Notes: generated by a model from the letters alone, not told the origin. Positions 1 through 11,376 are shown, numbered from the stretch's first letter. The stretch: 64,000 nucleotides of DNA from Hydrogenophilales bacterium (GCA_902627495.1 CACOJS010000007.1:11089-75088); one strand, 5' to 3'. Program-made: numbers and translations.

Positions 1-672
1 AATAGTGATAAAATTATTCACCTTGCATTGGGCACTACCATTACTTCTATAATTTTCACCTCCATTTCAAGCGTCAAGGCACATCATTCCCGTGGAGTAG
101 TAAGGTGGGATATTTTTCGGAAGGGCACACCCAGTTTAATCTTAGGAACTTTGTTGGGCACTTTTGTTGCGGATATTTTGAATTCCATATCTCTAGCAAT
201 TTTTTTTGTGGCTTTTGTGTATCTAACCTCGATACAACTTTTTTTTGATTCAAAAAAAACCATCAGAAGAAACCTCCCTGGAATTACTGGTATATGTATT
301 ACTGGATTTTTCATAGGTGCAATTTCCAGCCTTGTGGGGGCAGGAGGAGGGGTATTGTCAATCCCTCTGATGGTGCTATGTGGCATCCCAATCATCCAAG
401 CAGTCGGCACATCAGCAGCTCTCGGATTCCCCATCGCACTAGCCGGGAGTGCTGGCTATCTTTACCACGGACTTGGGGAGCCTTTACTACCACCTTTGTC
501 GGTAGGTTATATCTATATTCCTGCTCTAATTGGCATAACAATTGGAACATTCTTTACCGTTCCAATTGGTGCTAGTATGGCTCACCGTATGCCAGCTAAT
601 TATTTAAAAAAAATATTTGCAATTTTGCTTTTTTTTCTAGCTACCAGAATGGCTTGGGAGTTTTTATCGTAA
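1..672 (+). CDS. TSUP (TauE/SafE) family membrane transporter, 5' truncated by window
   Basis: Frame is open from base 1 (NSDKIIHLALGTT...). Hydrophobic protein with GAISSLVGAGGG and AVGTSAALGFPIALAG motifs typical of the TauE/SafE family. Confidence 0.85.
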   Translation, partial: NSDKIIHLALGTTITSIIFTSISSVKAHHSRGVVRWDIFRKGTPSLILGTLLGTFVADILNSISLAIFFVAFVYLTSIQLFFDSKKTIRRNLPGITGICITGFFIGAISSLVGAGGGVLSIPLMVLCGIPIIQAVGTSAALGFPIALAGSAGYLYHGLGEPLLPPLSVGYIYIPALIGITIGTFFTVPIGASMAHRMPANYLKKIFAILLFFLATRMAWEFLS

Positions 673-691
673 ACAAACCTTTATTAAGCCT

Positions 692-2227
692 CTAATTCTT
701 TGTTTGCTTATTTTCTTTAAAAGCAACTATCTCTGGAATACTATTTAATTTTTCCCTTATAAGGTTTTTTTGTACCTTGCCCATCGCATTTTTTGGTAGT
801 TTTTCTACCTCATAAATTAATTTTGGAACTTTATAATTTGCCAAGTTCTTTGCAAGATTTTCCAAAATTTGTTGCTCATTTGGCTTTTCGCCTTGTTTCC
901 CAACAATAATTGCAATAGCTACCTCTCCAAAATCATGATGGGGTACGCCAACTACAGCAACTTCTTCTATTTGGGGAAATTTTTCCAATAACTGCTCTAT
1001 CTCTTTCGGGTAAACATTGTATCCCCCTGAAATTATCATATCTTTTGATCTACCAACGATCGAGAGATAACCCTTCGGGTTTATAAAACCAAGGTCTCCA
1101 GTTTTGAACCATCCATCTTTGGAAAAATCTGTTTGTAATTTTTCAGGCATACGCCAATAGCCGGAAAAAAGGCTAGGACCCGTAATTTGAATACTACCTA
1201 TTTCGCCAAGCTCCAATGGTTTGTCGAGATCGCCTACTATACGTAGTTTATAAGATTTTAAGGGGAAACCGACTGTTCCCTCCAGACGATCACCATCTAA
1301 AGGGTTTGATGTAATAATGCCGGCCTCTGACATTCCATATCTCTCAAGAATTCTATGACCGGTAAGCTTTAAAAAAGCCCCAGCGGTTTCAACTGTTAGT
1401 GGTGCCGACCCTGAAATAAATAATCTGATATTTCTACATTGATCTACGTTTAAAGTTTTTTCTCTTAGCATTCGCTGGTAGTAAGTTGGTACTCCCATAA
1501 AAACGGTGGCCTCAGACAATTTTTTTACAACATGTTTAGCTTCAAATTTGTCATGCCATAAGATTTTAGCTCCCGCGATTAATGATGTGTGAAGAGCGAC
1601 AAAAAGACCATGAATGTGAAAAATCGGCAGAGCATGTAAAAGTGTATCCTTGTCTGAAAACTGCCATAGCTCTACAAGTAACGACGCATTTTCCGCCAAA
1701 TTACCGTGAGTCAACATGGCCCCCTTGGAGCGGCCGGTAGTTCCAGATGTATAGATCAGTGCAGCAACGTCGTTTTTTTTTCTGGTTACTATGTTGCAGT
1801 CGGGTAATACGTTTGTTTTATTGTTTTCAATATCCTCGAGCACTACTAGGGATAAATCACCTATTTCCTTAACTAGTTTTTCCAACATGTCATGCGAATT
1901 TACATCACAAACAACAATTTTAGGCTCTGAGTTTGACATAAAATAGAGGACCTCACTACCGCTATAAGCTGTATTCAAAGGGGCATAGACAATCCCCGCT
2001 TTAAGACAAGCTAGATATAGAGCTACTGCCTCTGGGCTCTTACCAACTTGAACAAGAAGTCTATCACCGGGAATTAAACCATAAGATACCAATTGTGTAG
2101 CATATGACGACACCTTATGAGACAAATCCTCATAAGTTAATACCTTCTTGGCCGACTCAATTGCCACTTGTTTAGGATACCGCAACATATTATTATGAAT
2201 TAGTTGGTAAAAGTTATGATTTTTCAT
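692..2227 (-). CDS. matB: Malonyl-CoA synthetase (malonate/methylmalonate-CoA ligase)
   Basis: ANL-family P-loop YTSGTTGRSKG plus MatB-type HALPIFHIHGLFVA, ERYGMSE and PKNAMGKVQK. Confidence 0.85.
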   Translation of the reverse strand: MKNHNFYQLIHNNMLRYPKQVAIESAKKVLTYEDLSHKVSSYATQLVSYGLIPGDRLLVQVGKSPEAVALYLACLKAGIVYAPLNTAYSGSEVLYFMSNSEPKIVVCDVNSHDMLEKLVKEIGDLSLVVLEDIENNKTNVLPDCNIVTRKKNDVAALIYTSGTTGRSKGAMLTHGNLAENASLLVELWQFSDKDTLLHALPIFHIHGLFVALHTSLIAGAKILWHDKFEAKHVVKKLSEATVFMGVPTYYQRMLREKTLNVDQCRNIRLFISGSAPLTVETAGAFLKLTGHRILERYGMSEAGIITSNPLDGDRLEGTVGFPLKSYKLRIVGDLDKPLELGEIGSIQITGPSLFSGYWRMPEKLQTDFSKDGWFKTGDLGFINPKGYLSIVGRSKDMIISGGYNVYPKEIEQLLEKFPQIEEVAVVGVPHHDFGEVAIAIIVGKQGEKPNEQQILENLAKNLANYKVPKLIYEVEKLPKNAMGKVQKNLIREKLNSIPEIVAFKENKQTKN

Positions 2228-3390
2228 GAGTTTAATATTTCATCTACTACTCTACTTTTTAGCAGATCAGTCGAACCGCCCCCCTCAAAAACTTTTTTAT
2301 CTGCTCCTAAAATTTCACCAACAACTGTTTTCGGTAAAAGAGTAATTTTTGAATTTTTCTTTGCTTTCACTACACTTGCCACCGAGCATAACGCCACATA
2401 TATACCACCACCAGCAAGCCCATCAATAATAACTTCTACGGATATATCCCTCGATTTGGCATCCGCTATACACAGGCCAACATGAGATAAAAAATCAGAC
2501 AAAACTAGTTTTTCTTCGGATAGTGTCATGATATGACTTGGTGAATTTAACGTAATTGATAAATTACCTCCATCAGGGAACCTAAGCAAATTATCAGCTA
2601 GAGAATAAGCCTCCCGTACCCCTACTGGATTCCCATCTCCCACCTTTGACTTAGACTTTGGTTCTATCAGTCTTTTTTGTGTTTGTCCCAAGAGCCTATT
2701 GCCTAGAGCAACATGAGACTTTGACAAATCTAATTTCGCGTTATCATTGTTTAGTAAAAAATGGTTTATTTTAGCTTTATAGGCTGAGCACCTGTCATCA
2801 CAAATATCGTGGAACGCACCAGCTTCAAGCCTAGCTACTCCTCCCAAATAATGGGTCGCTACGTTTGGTTTTAATTTGGGATTTATTTTACTATTACCTA
2901 TACCCCTAATAATCTTCGGTCCAGACATTCCATAAGATGCATGACGACTGGCTAAACGATACCCGCAGCTTGCAGCAATCATACTCGCCCCACCAAAACA
3001 ATTTTTGAGAACAATCGCCATCATCGGTTGTCCTTCTAATCTCGCTTTTAATATTTCGGCGAACATTAACCGGAACGCCCCTAGTGCTTTATATCCCTCT
3101 GTTAATCTAGCCCCACCAGAATCTAGTAGCAAAATGATTGGAGTACTGTTATCTCGGCTGCATTTCAGAACTGCCGACAACCTTGTGCTCTCAGCAAAGC
3201 CAAAAGTTCCACCATGAACTTTTCTATCAGTTAAAACGACTTCTGCAGTTTTACCTGCAACCTGACACCTTCCAATATACAAAGCCCCATGTGTTTCAAA
3301 ATACTTTATCTGGCTTCCAAATAACTTCTTAGCTTGTTCAAAACTAGTTAGATCCGAAAACCGGCTAGCGTCTTCTACAGCATGCACCAT
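2224..3390 (-). CDS. Carboxyltransferase-fold decarboxylase, apparent fusion of malonate decarboxylase beta (MdcD-like) and gamma (MdcE-like) subunits
   Basis: N-half has GGTFG, LLLDSGGARLTEG, CFGGASM and GMSGPKII (MdcD-like). C-half has PVGVREAYSLA, SHIMTLSEEKL and GLAGGGIYVAL (MdcE-like). ATGA overlap with matB. Confidence 0.7.
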   Translation of the reverse strand: MVHAVEDASRFSDLTSFEQAKKLFGSQIKYFETHGALYIGRCQVAGKTAEVVLTDRKVHGGTFGFAESTRLSAVLKCSRDNSTPIILLLDSGGARLTEGYKALGAFRLMFAEILKARLEGQPMMAIVLKNCFGGASMIAASCGYRLASRHASYGMSGPKIIRGIGNSKINPKLKPNVATHYLGGVARLEAGAFHDICDDRCSAYKAKINHFLLNNDNAKLDLSKSHVALGNRLLGQTQKRLIEPKSKSKVGDGNPVGVREAYSLADNLLRFPDGGNLSITLNSPSHIMTLSEEKLVLSDFLSHVGLCIADAKSRDISVEVIIDGLAGGGIYVALCSVASVVKAKKNSKITLLPKTVVGEILGADKKVFEGGGSTDLLKSRVVDEILNS

Positions 3391-4505
3391 TGACAGACTA
3401 TATCTTCATACGCAGCGGCGGCAGTTTCAATTGCACCGAGCTCGCAATACTCATCTGTCTGATGAGCCAATTCGGGTTTACCTGGACCCATTATAATAGT
3501 TGGAGGATAACTATAGGCCTCGTTTAATGCTGCTGCATCTGTAAAATATGTCGCCGTTTTTGGATCTGGCTTCTCACCGATGAGTGGAGACATAATTCTA
3601 TAAATTTCCTGTACCCAAGGGTCACTAGGTTCAGTAAATACCGGACCTACATCTAAAATTGTTTCCAATGTAACATCACTGTCAAGCGCATTCTGCAACG
3701 CCTCTTTGATTTTGTCATGAGGCGAGCTCGGAACAGTGCGAATATCTATTCCTATAGCTGTCTCATCTGGCACGGAATTAATGTTTAATCCTCCATTAAT
3801 CGTCCCAACATTCAATGATGCTTGACCCATTAAATGATGGGGGTCATTTTCAAATTTAAATTTTTCTAGTGCCACTAATACTCTGGCAGCTTTATACGCG
3901 GCATTTACTCCTTTTTCTGGCATTGATCCATGGGCCGTTACCCCATGAGTTTTAGCACTTATCCAATAAGCCCCCTTGTGGCCCAACATAGGGTAATTAG
4001 AAGTCGGCTCTCCTACCAAAACCGCACCCACTCGGCCAAGCAAACCTGGAGTGGCCACCAAACCAAAGGCACCTTGACATCCAGTCTCTTCCCCTGCCGT
4101 AAAAACCAACTCTAAACCGGGAGACCTATCGAGTTTTTTACCAAGCCCTGCTATTGCCGCAACAAAGGCGGCTATTCCCGACTTCATATCACTTGTTCCT
4201 CGCCCAAATAATTTTCCCTGATCAGTTTCTCCATCAAAGGGCGGTTTCTCCCATTTTGCAATTCCAAGGGGTACTGTATCTAAGTGACCTGTGAAACAAA
4301 GGGGTAACTTATTTTCCGCCCCACCAATCCTAGCTACAAGATTAGCTCGATTGGAGGCTAACTCATGATACTCCACCACAAATCCCTCTTTTTCCAATAG
4401 TGCTCCCAAGGTTTGTGCACAAGCAGTTTCATTACCCGGTGGATTAATAGTGTTCATCCTGACAATTTGTTTAGTAAGTTCGACTGCTAGATTACTTTTT
4501 CCCAT
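3375..4505 (-). CDS. M20A family metallo-amidohydrolase (ArgE/DapE-like)
   Basis: GHLDTVP, GRGTSDMKSG, GEETG, GEPT and AHQTDEY metal-ligand motifs. Confidence 0.9.
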   Translation of the reverse strand: MGKSNLAVELTKQIVRMNTINPPGNETACAQTLGALLEKEGFVVEYHELASNRANLVARIGGAENKLPLCFTGHLDTVPLGIAKWEKPPFDGETDQGKLFGRGTSDMKSGIAAFVAAIAGLGKKLDRSPGLELVFTAGEETGCQGAFGLVATPGLLGRVGAVLVGEPTSNYPMLGHKGAYWISAKTHGVTAHGSMPEKGVNAAYKAARVLVALEKFKFENDPHHLMGQASLNVGTINGGLNINSVPDETAIGIDIRTVPSSPHDKIKEALQNALDSDVTLETILDVGPVFTEPSDPWVQEIYRIMSPLIGEKPDPKTATYFTDAAALNEAYSYPPTIIMGPGKPELAHQTDEYCELGAIETAAAAYEDIVCQWCML

Positions 4506-4526
4506 ACGCTTTTCCCCAGATTTAAT

Positions 4527-5246
4527 CTATTCTCCCTGTCCAAAATAGGCTGCCTGCATTTGACTATTACTTTTCAACATACTAGACGTGCCGTGTGCTA
4601 CAACCTGTCCTTGAGCGAGAACATACCCATAATCAGATATCTCCAAAGTTTGCTTGACGTTTTGCTCAACTAAAAGGACTGTAATACCTCTCTCTTTAAT
4701 TTTTTGAATTACTTTAAAATTTTCTTTGACAAAAAGAGGAGACAGACCGAGAGACGGCTCATCTATAATCAATAGTTTTGGGGCTCCCATCAAACCCCTG
4801 CCGATAGATAGCATTGCCTGCTCCCCCCCCGACATCGTCCCCGCTAACTGCTGACCTCTGTTTGCTAGTTGAGGAAAAATACTCAAAACGCCTTCCATGC
4901 GATCTTGTGCCTTAGCTTTGCTCTTTTCGAGAATTGCTCCTATCAACAGATTTTCTCTCACTGTTAATTTAGGAAAGACTTTTCTCCCTTCAGGTATTGT
5001 TGAAACGCCCTGCCTTACTATATTATGGGTTTCTATGTTAGTTATTTCTTTTGTTTGATAAAAAACCTGTCCCTTTCTAGCTGGCGTTAAGCCTAACAAG
5101 ACACGAATTAAGGTTGATTTACCAGCCCCATTTGCACCTAGTAGACAAGTTATTTTACCTGGCTGAACTTTAAGAGATACCCCTGTTAACACATCCGCCT
5201 CATCATATCCAGCATAAATATTCTGAGTTTCTAGCATACTTTCCAT
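4527..5246 (-). CDS. livF: LIV/HAAT-family ABC transporter ATP-binding protein
   Basis: Walker A GANGAGKST, MSGGEQAML, DEPSLGLSP, LLVEQN. Confidence 0.9.
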   Translation of the reverse strand: MESMLETQNIYAGYDEADVLTGVSLKVQPGKITCLLGANGAGKSTLIRVLLGLTPARKGQVFYQTKEITNIETHNIVRQGVSTIPEGRKVFPKLTVRENLLIGAILEKSKAKAQDRMEGVLSIFPQLANRGQQLAGTMSGGEQAMLSIGRGLMGAPKLLIIDEPSLGLSPLFVKENFKVIQKIKERGITVLLVEQNVKQTLEISDYGYVLAQGQVVAHGTSSMLKSNSQMQAAYFGQGE

Positions 5247-5248
5247 GC

Positions 5249-6025
5249 TTAATCTTCTCCTAAATAAGCTGCCCTAACATCTTTATTCGTCGATACATCC
5301 CTGTAATCACCCTCTGCTATTTTTTTTCCGTAGCTCAAAACTATACATCTATCCGTGACTCTCTCAATAACGTTCATTTCATGCTCTATTAAAATTACTC
5401 CCAATTTTGGTGTTTTAATTTTTATTTCCATAAGGTCGGTCATAAAATCACGCGTCTCTTCATGAGTCATACCGGCAGAAGGCTCATCAAGTAATAAAAC
5501 GCTCGGCTTACTTATTAAAGCCCTACACACCTCTATGCGTCTTCTATCTATCATGGAAAGCTTTCCAATGGGTTGATAAATGTTATCGATTAATTTCGGG
5601 TTGAAAAATGCTAGAATTTCTTCTGCCTGCTCCAGTCGATTTTTTATATCTGCTCTTAAATTGCTGCGACGAAATACATTAAAATAGATCGAGGTATTAA
5701 GGTGCATCGCGTCACCAATAACCAAGTTGTCAAAAACTGACAAGCCAATGGCTAACCTCAGACGCTGAAAAGTTCTTGTAATTCCATTTCTGTAAATATT
5801 TTGGGGACTTGAATGTGTTATTTCTTTGTTTCTAAGCAATACTGATCCACTATTTTTCTTATAAAGACCGGTTATAGCATTGAAACAAGTGGTTTTCCCA
5901 GAGCCATTTGGCCCTATAAGACCAAGTAAGTCCCCTTCGCCAAGTTTGAAATCCAGGTTAGACAGAGCCGTTAGACCCCCAAATCTAACCGTCAGCCCCT
6001 CTACTTGTAATAAACTAGTTTTCAA
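5249..6025 (-). CDS. livG: LIV/HAAT-family ABC transporter ATP-binding protein
   Basis: RFGGLTAL, GPNGSGKTT, RTFQ, LLLDEPSAG, IEHEM and C-terminal VRAAYLG. Confidence 0.9.
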   Translation of the reverse strand: MKTSLLQVEGLTVRFGGLTALSNLDFKLGEGDLLGLIGPNGSGKTTCFNAITGLYKKNSGSVLLRNKEITHSSPQNIYRNGITRTFQRLRLAIGLSVFDNLVIGDAMHLNTSIYFNVFRRSNLRADIKNRLEQAEEILAFFNPKLIDNIYQPIGKLSMIDRRRIEVCRALISKPSVLLLDEPSAGMTHEETRDFMTDLMEIKIKTPKLGVILIEHEMNVIERVTDRCIVLSYGKKIAEGDYRDVSTNKDVRAAYLGED

Positions 6026-7178
6026 GCTTTCTCTCGCGCCCCCAAGTTCGGTAGAAGCTCCTTAAGCCTCTTTTTAACAAGCCCTCTGGCCTGTAGACCA
6101 GGACTAATATCACAAGAATCGAAAAAAGCAGAAACCTGTATTCCTGAATAAACTGCAGTTTTTCGGGTAATACTATTATCAAAAAAGATGCAGGAATTAC
6201 TCCAAGTGGATTACCAATACCACCCAAGATCACTATCGAAATTAAAATTAGAGAATCGGCAAAGGTAAAATTGGTCGGGGCTATATGGCCCAGCATCTGG
6301 GCATATAAACCACCAGCAAGCCCAATGAAAAAATTACCTAACGTGAAAGCAAGAATCTTCCAAGCAGCTATGTTGATCCCAAAGCAAGAGGCCACGGTCT
6401 CATCCAATCGTACAGCATCTAGATGCAAACCTAACCAAGATTTCTCTATAAGTCGAGTTATAATGAATACAACTAGCATGAGCAATAGTGCTGCTATAAC
6501 ATAACTCAGGTAGAAAGAACTACCTAGTAACGGCTCGTTGAAATCCAACCCAAAAAATTTAAAACTGGCTATCTTAAGCCCCTGGGGCCCACCCAAGGTA
6601 TCATTTATCTCTAAAAACGTTTTAAATAACAGAGCAAATGCAATCGTAACCAAGGCCGCATAATGTCCACGAGTTCTCAACACTGGCAATATAAGCAGAG
6701 AGCCTATTATTGCCGCCATTAAACCACCGAGTAAAATTACCAGGACATTCGGTATCGATTGGTTGGTTAAAACAGCAACTGTATATCCTCCAACTCCCAA
6801 AAATGCAGCTCCGGCAAAATTAGTCAATCCGGTATATCCCAGTTGCAGGGTGAGCCCTAAACAAGCTGTGGCGTAAATTGCAACTGATGCGATCATAAAC
6901 AATGCGAAATGCTCATGCCGGCAAAAGACTATTGCAATAATCACCGGCGACACAATAGTTAAATAAAAAACACAAGGATGTTCTCGATAAACCTGATCAA
7001 TTTTGTGTGGGATTCCTCGACCCTTTGCAATGAAAAATCCAAGTATCCCTAGCCCTATAATAGCCCCCAATAGCATCTCTTTTTCTACTATTAAAAAAGC
7101 TACAACTAAAATTGTTGTTATTGTGCTAGTTAAAAGTATTTCACAATACGTTACTAGGTATTTATCTTGCTTTTTCAT
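6015..7178 (-). CDS. livM: LIV/HAAT-family ABC transporter permease
   Basis: LGYTGLTNFAGAAFLGVGGY, LRTRGHYAALVTIAF, VILGGIG, RPEGLL. Confidence 0.9.
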   Translation of the reverse strand: MKKQDKYLVTYCEILLTSTITTILVVAFLIVEKEMLLGAIIGLGILGFFIAKGRGIPHKIDQVYREHPCVFYLTIVSPVIIAIVFCRHEHFALFMIASVAIYATACLGLTLQLGYTGLTNFAGAAFLGVGGYTVAVLTNQSIPNVLVILLGGLMAAIIGSLLILPVLRTRGHYAALVTIAFALLFKTFLEINDTLGGPQGLKIASFKFFGLDFNEPLLGSSFYLSYVIAALLLMLVVFIITRLIEKSWLGLHLDAVRLDETVASCFGINIAAWKILAFTLGNFFIGLAGGLYAQMLGHIAPTNFTFADSLILISIVILGGIGNPLGVIPASFLIIVLPEKLQFIQEYRFLLFSILVILVLVYRPEGLLKRGLRSFYRTWGRERKLEN

Positions 7179-8092
7179 ACTCGGTCCGAGTTAATCTCAG
7201 ATAATAGGCCTGTTGGTCGCCAGGCCATAATCATGATAATTACCACAAACGCGAATACATCTTTATAAGCAGGCACCGAAAACCAAATAGCACCGATGGT
7301 TTGTAAAAACGCAAATAAAAAACCTCCTATTATTGCACCAAGAAGGCTTCCTAGCCCTCCTACTACAGCTGCACTAAAGCCAATCACGCCTAAAAACAAT
7401 CCTCGGTCGAAAATTATTTCATGATAATAAAGTCCGTTCGCAACACCTGCCAACGCAGCCAACCCAGATCCTAAGGCGAACGTGCCCAAAACAATTCGCT
7501 TAAAATTTATTCCCATAAGGCGGGCTGTTTCCGGATCTTGTGCTACTGCCCTAATAGATAAGCCTAGTCTGGTTTTTCTTATTGCTAGATTTAAAATTAA
7601 TATTGCCAACAATCCACCAACAATTATTATTGCCGTATCTTGCCGTATTTCCATGGTCCCTATAATCCAAGAATTTTCAGGAAGGAGCCTCGGAAAAGGT
7701 TTTGGGTTGGATCCATTGGGATAAAACAATCTCACAGCCTCCCTTATAGCCAAACCCAGCATTAAAGTTATCAACAAAGTATTTAGAGGAGGTGCCCCTC
7801 TAAGAGGCAAGACTAAGTGTTGAGCAATTAAAGTTCCTAGAGTTGCCATTATTGAGATGGCGAAGAGCAGTGATATACATAAGTTGAGCCAAGTCGGAAA
7901 TTCTCCTAGCTGACTTAAAAAAAGAGATGCTATTAAAGCGGCAAAACTACCTGCCATTAAAACATCACCGTGGGAAAATTTTATTACGTTTAAAACACCA
8001 AAAAACAACGTGAACCCCACTGCTACCATTGCATAAATTACACCTAACACCAGACCATTAATTATGTGTTGATCCAATAAACTAAAGTCCAT
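7175..8092 (-). CDS. livH: LIV/HAAT-family ABC transporter permease
   Basis: NGLVLGVIYAMVAVGFTLFFGVLNVIKFSHGD, RAVAQDPETARLMGIN, AAVVGGLGS. Confidence 0.9.
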   Translation of the reverse strand: MDFSLLDQHIINGLVLGVIYAMVAVGFTLFFGVLNVIKFSHGDVLMAGSFAALIASLFLSQLGEFPTWLNLCISLLFAISIMATLGTLIAQHLVLPLRGAPPLNTLLITLMLGLAIREAVRLFYPNGSNPKPFPRLLPENSWIIGTMEIRQDTAIIIVGGLLAILILNLAIRKTRLGLSIRAVAQDPETARLMGINFKRIVLGTFALGSGLAALAGVANGLYYHEIIFDRGLFLGVIGFSAAVVGGLGSLLGAIIGGFLFAFLQTIGAIWFSVPAYKDVFAFVVIIMIMAWRPTGLLSEINSDRV

Positions 8093-8127
8093 TAATGGTT
8101 CCCTTGGTTAAATAGTAATCTTAATCT

Positions 8128-9279
8128 TCAACGTGAGAGTTGGCGTTGGCCAGATTGGTAATCACTTGCTTCCCAAATTACCCACTTACCATCTTGAACC
8201 ACAAACTTAGTTATCAACGGAACCATATTCTGTCCATTATCATCGAAACTTATCTTACCAATTACGGAATTATGGTCCTTAATCTGATTTAAAAATTTTG
8301 TAATTTTTTTTCTATCAGGTCCAACTGCCTCTACTGCTCGAATAATTAGGTTTGCAGCAGCAAAGGCAAAGGGACCATAAGCCTCGGGCGGAGATGAATA
8401 TTCCATTTCTTTATATTTAGTCAGAAACATTTTACCTCCTGGCAATCTCTCCGCCGAATCGCCCTCTCTAAACGCTAAAGTGCCTTCCGACAGGTTTCCG
8501 GTCCCCTCAATGTAAGCATCTGAAATAATTCCCGAAGTCCCCTGAAAAAGGGCCGGTATATTTAACCGATCCATTTGTGTTCTCACTCGAACTCCTATTG
8601 GTGTTATCCCTCCAAAATAAAGAACTTCGGGTTTGAGTGCCTTGATTTTTGTAAGTTCAGCATTAAAATCTTGTTGGTCAGCTGTTACCCCAAACCGCCC
8701 CAACACCTTCCCACCATACTTTTCTATACTTTCCGTAAAATACTTGTCGTGTCCTTTTCCATAATCAGTAGTATCATGAATGATGGCCCAGTTTCTATAT
8801 CCCTGATCAATCATAAAGCGTGCAGCGACATCATTTTGATTAATCATTGTTCCGTTTACCCGATGGATTTCGGGATAGTCATTTCCGTACGTAATTTCTG
8901 GTAAGACAGCCCCCCAGACTATCATTGGCAAGGCAAACTTATGGAACACATCAACGGTACCAACAGCTACTGCGGAGCAATAATGAGCTACAGCTCCAAA
9001 TATCTTGGAGTCTGCCGCTGCCTTTGTGGCAACTTGGATACCTATGTTAGGTTTACACTCATCGTCAAGAACAACTAGTTCATATTGATATTTTTTCGAT
9101 GTGTCGGCGTTGGCCAGTTTTATTGCTAGATCGGCTGAGTTTCTGCCCCCTATCCCGTTTGCAGATACCCCACCTGTTAACGGACCTATAAATGCTATTT
9201 TAACAAGATCTGTTTCATTTGAAGAACATCCAAATAAAAACACCCCCAGCGACAGCATAATCAATAGAATACGATTCAT
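8128..9279 (-). CDS. LivK/LivJ-like substrate-binding protein, predicted lipoprotein
   Basis: VKIAFIGPLTG, DDECKP and GAVAHYCS periplasmic-binding type 1 motifs. Likely start is ATG at 9279 (MNRILL...LFGC lipobox); the ORF track starts at 9297. Confidence 0.85.
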   Translation of the reverse strand: MNRILLIMLSLGVFLFGCSSNETDLVKIAFIGPLTGGVSANGIGGRNSADLAIKLANADTSKKYQYELVVLDDECKPNIGIQVATKAAADSKIFGAVAHYCSAVAVGTVDVFHKFALPMIVWGAVLPEITYGNDYPEIHRVNGTMINQNDVAARFMIDQGYRNWAIIHDTTDYGKGHDKYFTESIEKYGGKVLGRFGVTADQQDFNAELTKIKALKPEVLYFGGITPIGVRVRTQMDRLNIPALFQGTSGIISDAYIEGTGNLSEGTLAFREGDSAERLPGGKMFLTKYKEMEYSSPPEAYGPFAFAAANLIIRAVEAVGPDRKKITKFLNQIKDHNSVIGKISFDDNGQNMVPLITKFVVQDGKWVIWEASDYQSGQRQLSR

Positions 9280-9322
9280 GAGTGCCCCCATTCCCATCCG
9301 ATGTTAGAACTTAATTCATTTT

Positions 9323-9351
9323 AGCGTAGAGCTACTCGGCCTGAATGTCAA
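9323..9351 (-). promoter_or_regulatory. Putative sigma70 promoter of the ABC/M20/mdcDE/matB operon
   Basis: Minus strand reads TTGACA-17 bp-TACGCT upstream of the binding-protein gene. Confidence 0.55.
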
Positions 9352-9411
9352 TGATAGACTGTGGGTCTTTGTTTTTTCTCAAGATTATCGCGAAGAGTAT
9401 CTAGCAAAGCT

Positions 9412-9430
9412 TAGTGGCCAATAACCACTA
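9412..9430 (-). terminator. Possible weak terminator after atpC
   Basis: TAGTGG/CCACTA inverted repeat just downstream of the atpC stop; the U-tail is poor. Confidence 0.35.
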
Positions 9431-9443
9431 CCGATATTAATTT

Positions 9444-9860
9444 CTATTTACCTTCGCGCCTTATCATTGCCAACTGGGCCTTCAACATTGCAAGTTCCGC
9501 TTCAACTGAGGCTATTTCCTGCTTGCTTGCAGCCTTTTCTAGCGCCTCTTCTGCTTTTTTTCTCGCCTCTACTGCTCTTTCCTCATCCAAGTCCTCAGCC
9601 CTGATGGCAGTATCCGCCAGAACCGTGACTATCGAGGGCTGAACCTCCAATATACCCCCAGCCACAAAAATGTGATCTTCCTTTTCTACATCTGGAACTT
9701 TTATACGGACAGGACCCGCTTTAATACTAGTAATAAGAGGGGCATGCTTTGGGTAAATTCCTAAGTCACCCGATTCCCCAGGCAATACAACAAATTCTGC
9801 TTTACCCGAAAAAATTTCTTCCTCTGCACTAACCACATCTATCTGTATTGTATCGTTCAT
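9444..9860 (-). CDS. atpC: F1 ATP synthase epsilon subunit
   Basis: [32 protein letters not shown]; last gene of the atp operon. Confidence 0.97.
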   Translation of the reverse strand: MNDTIQIDVVSAEEEIFSGKAEFVVLPGESGDLGIYPKHAPLITSIKAGPVRIKVPDVEKEDHIFVAGGILEVQPSIVTVLADTAIRAEDLDEERAVEARKKAEEALEKAASKQEIASVEAELAMLKAQLAMIRREGK

Positions 9861-9921
9861 GTTTTTTTTAGTCTAATAACGCACCTAATAGTATGAGAAC
9901 ACTCAAGGTCAACCCAAGAGA

Positions 9922-11349
<1,428 letters not shown>

Positions 11350-11376
11350 TTAATTTTTAATTTTTTAATATCGACC

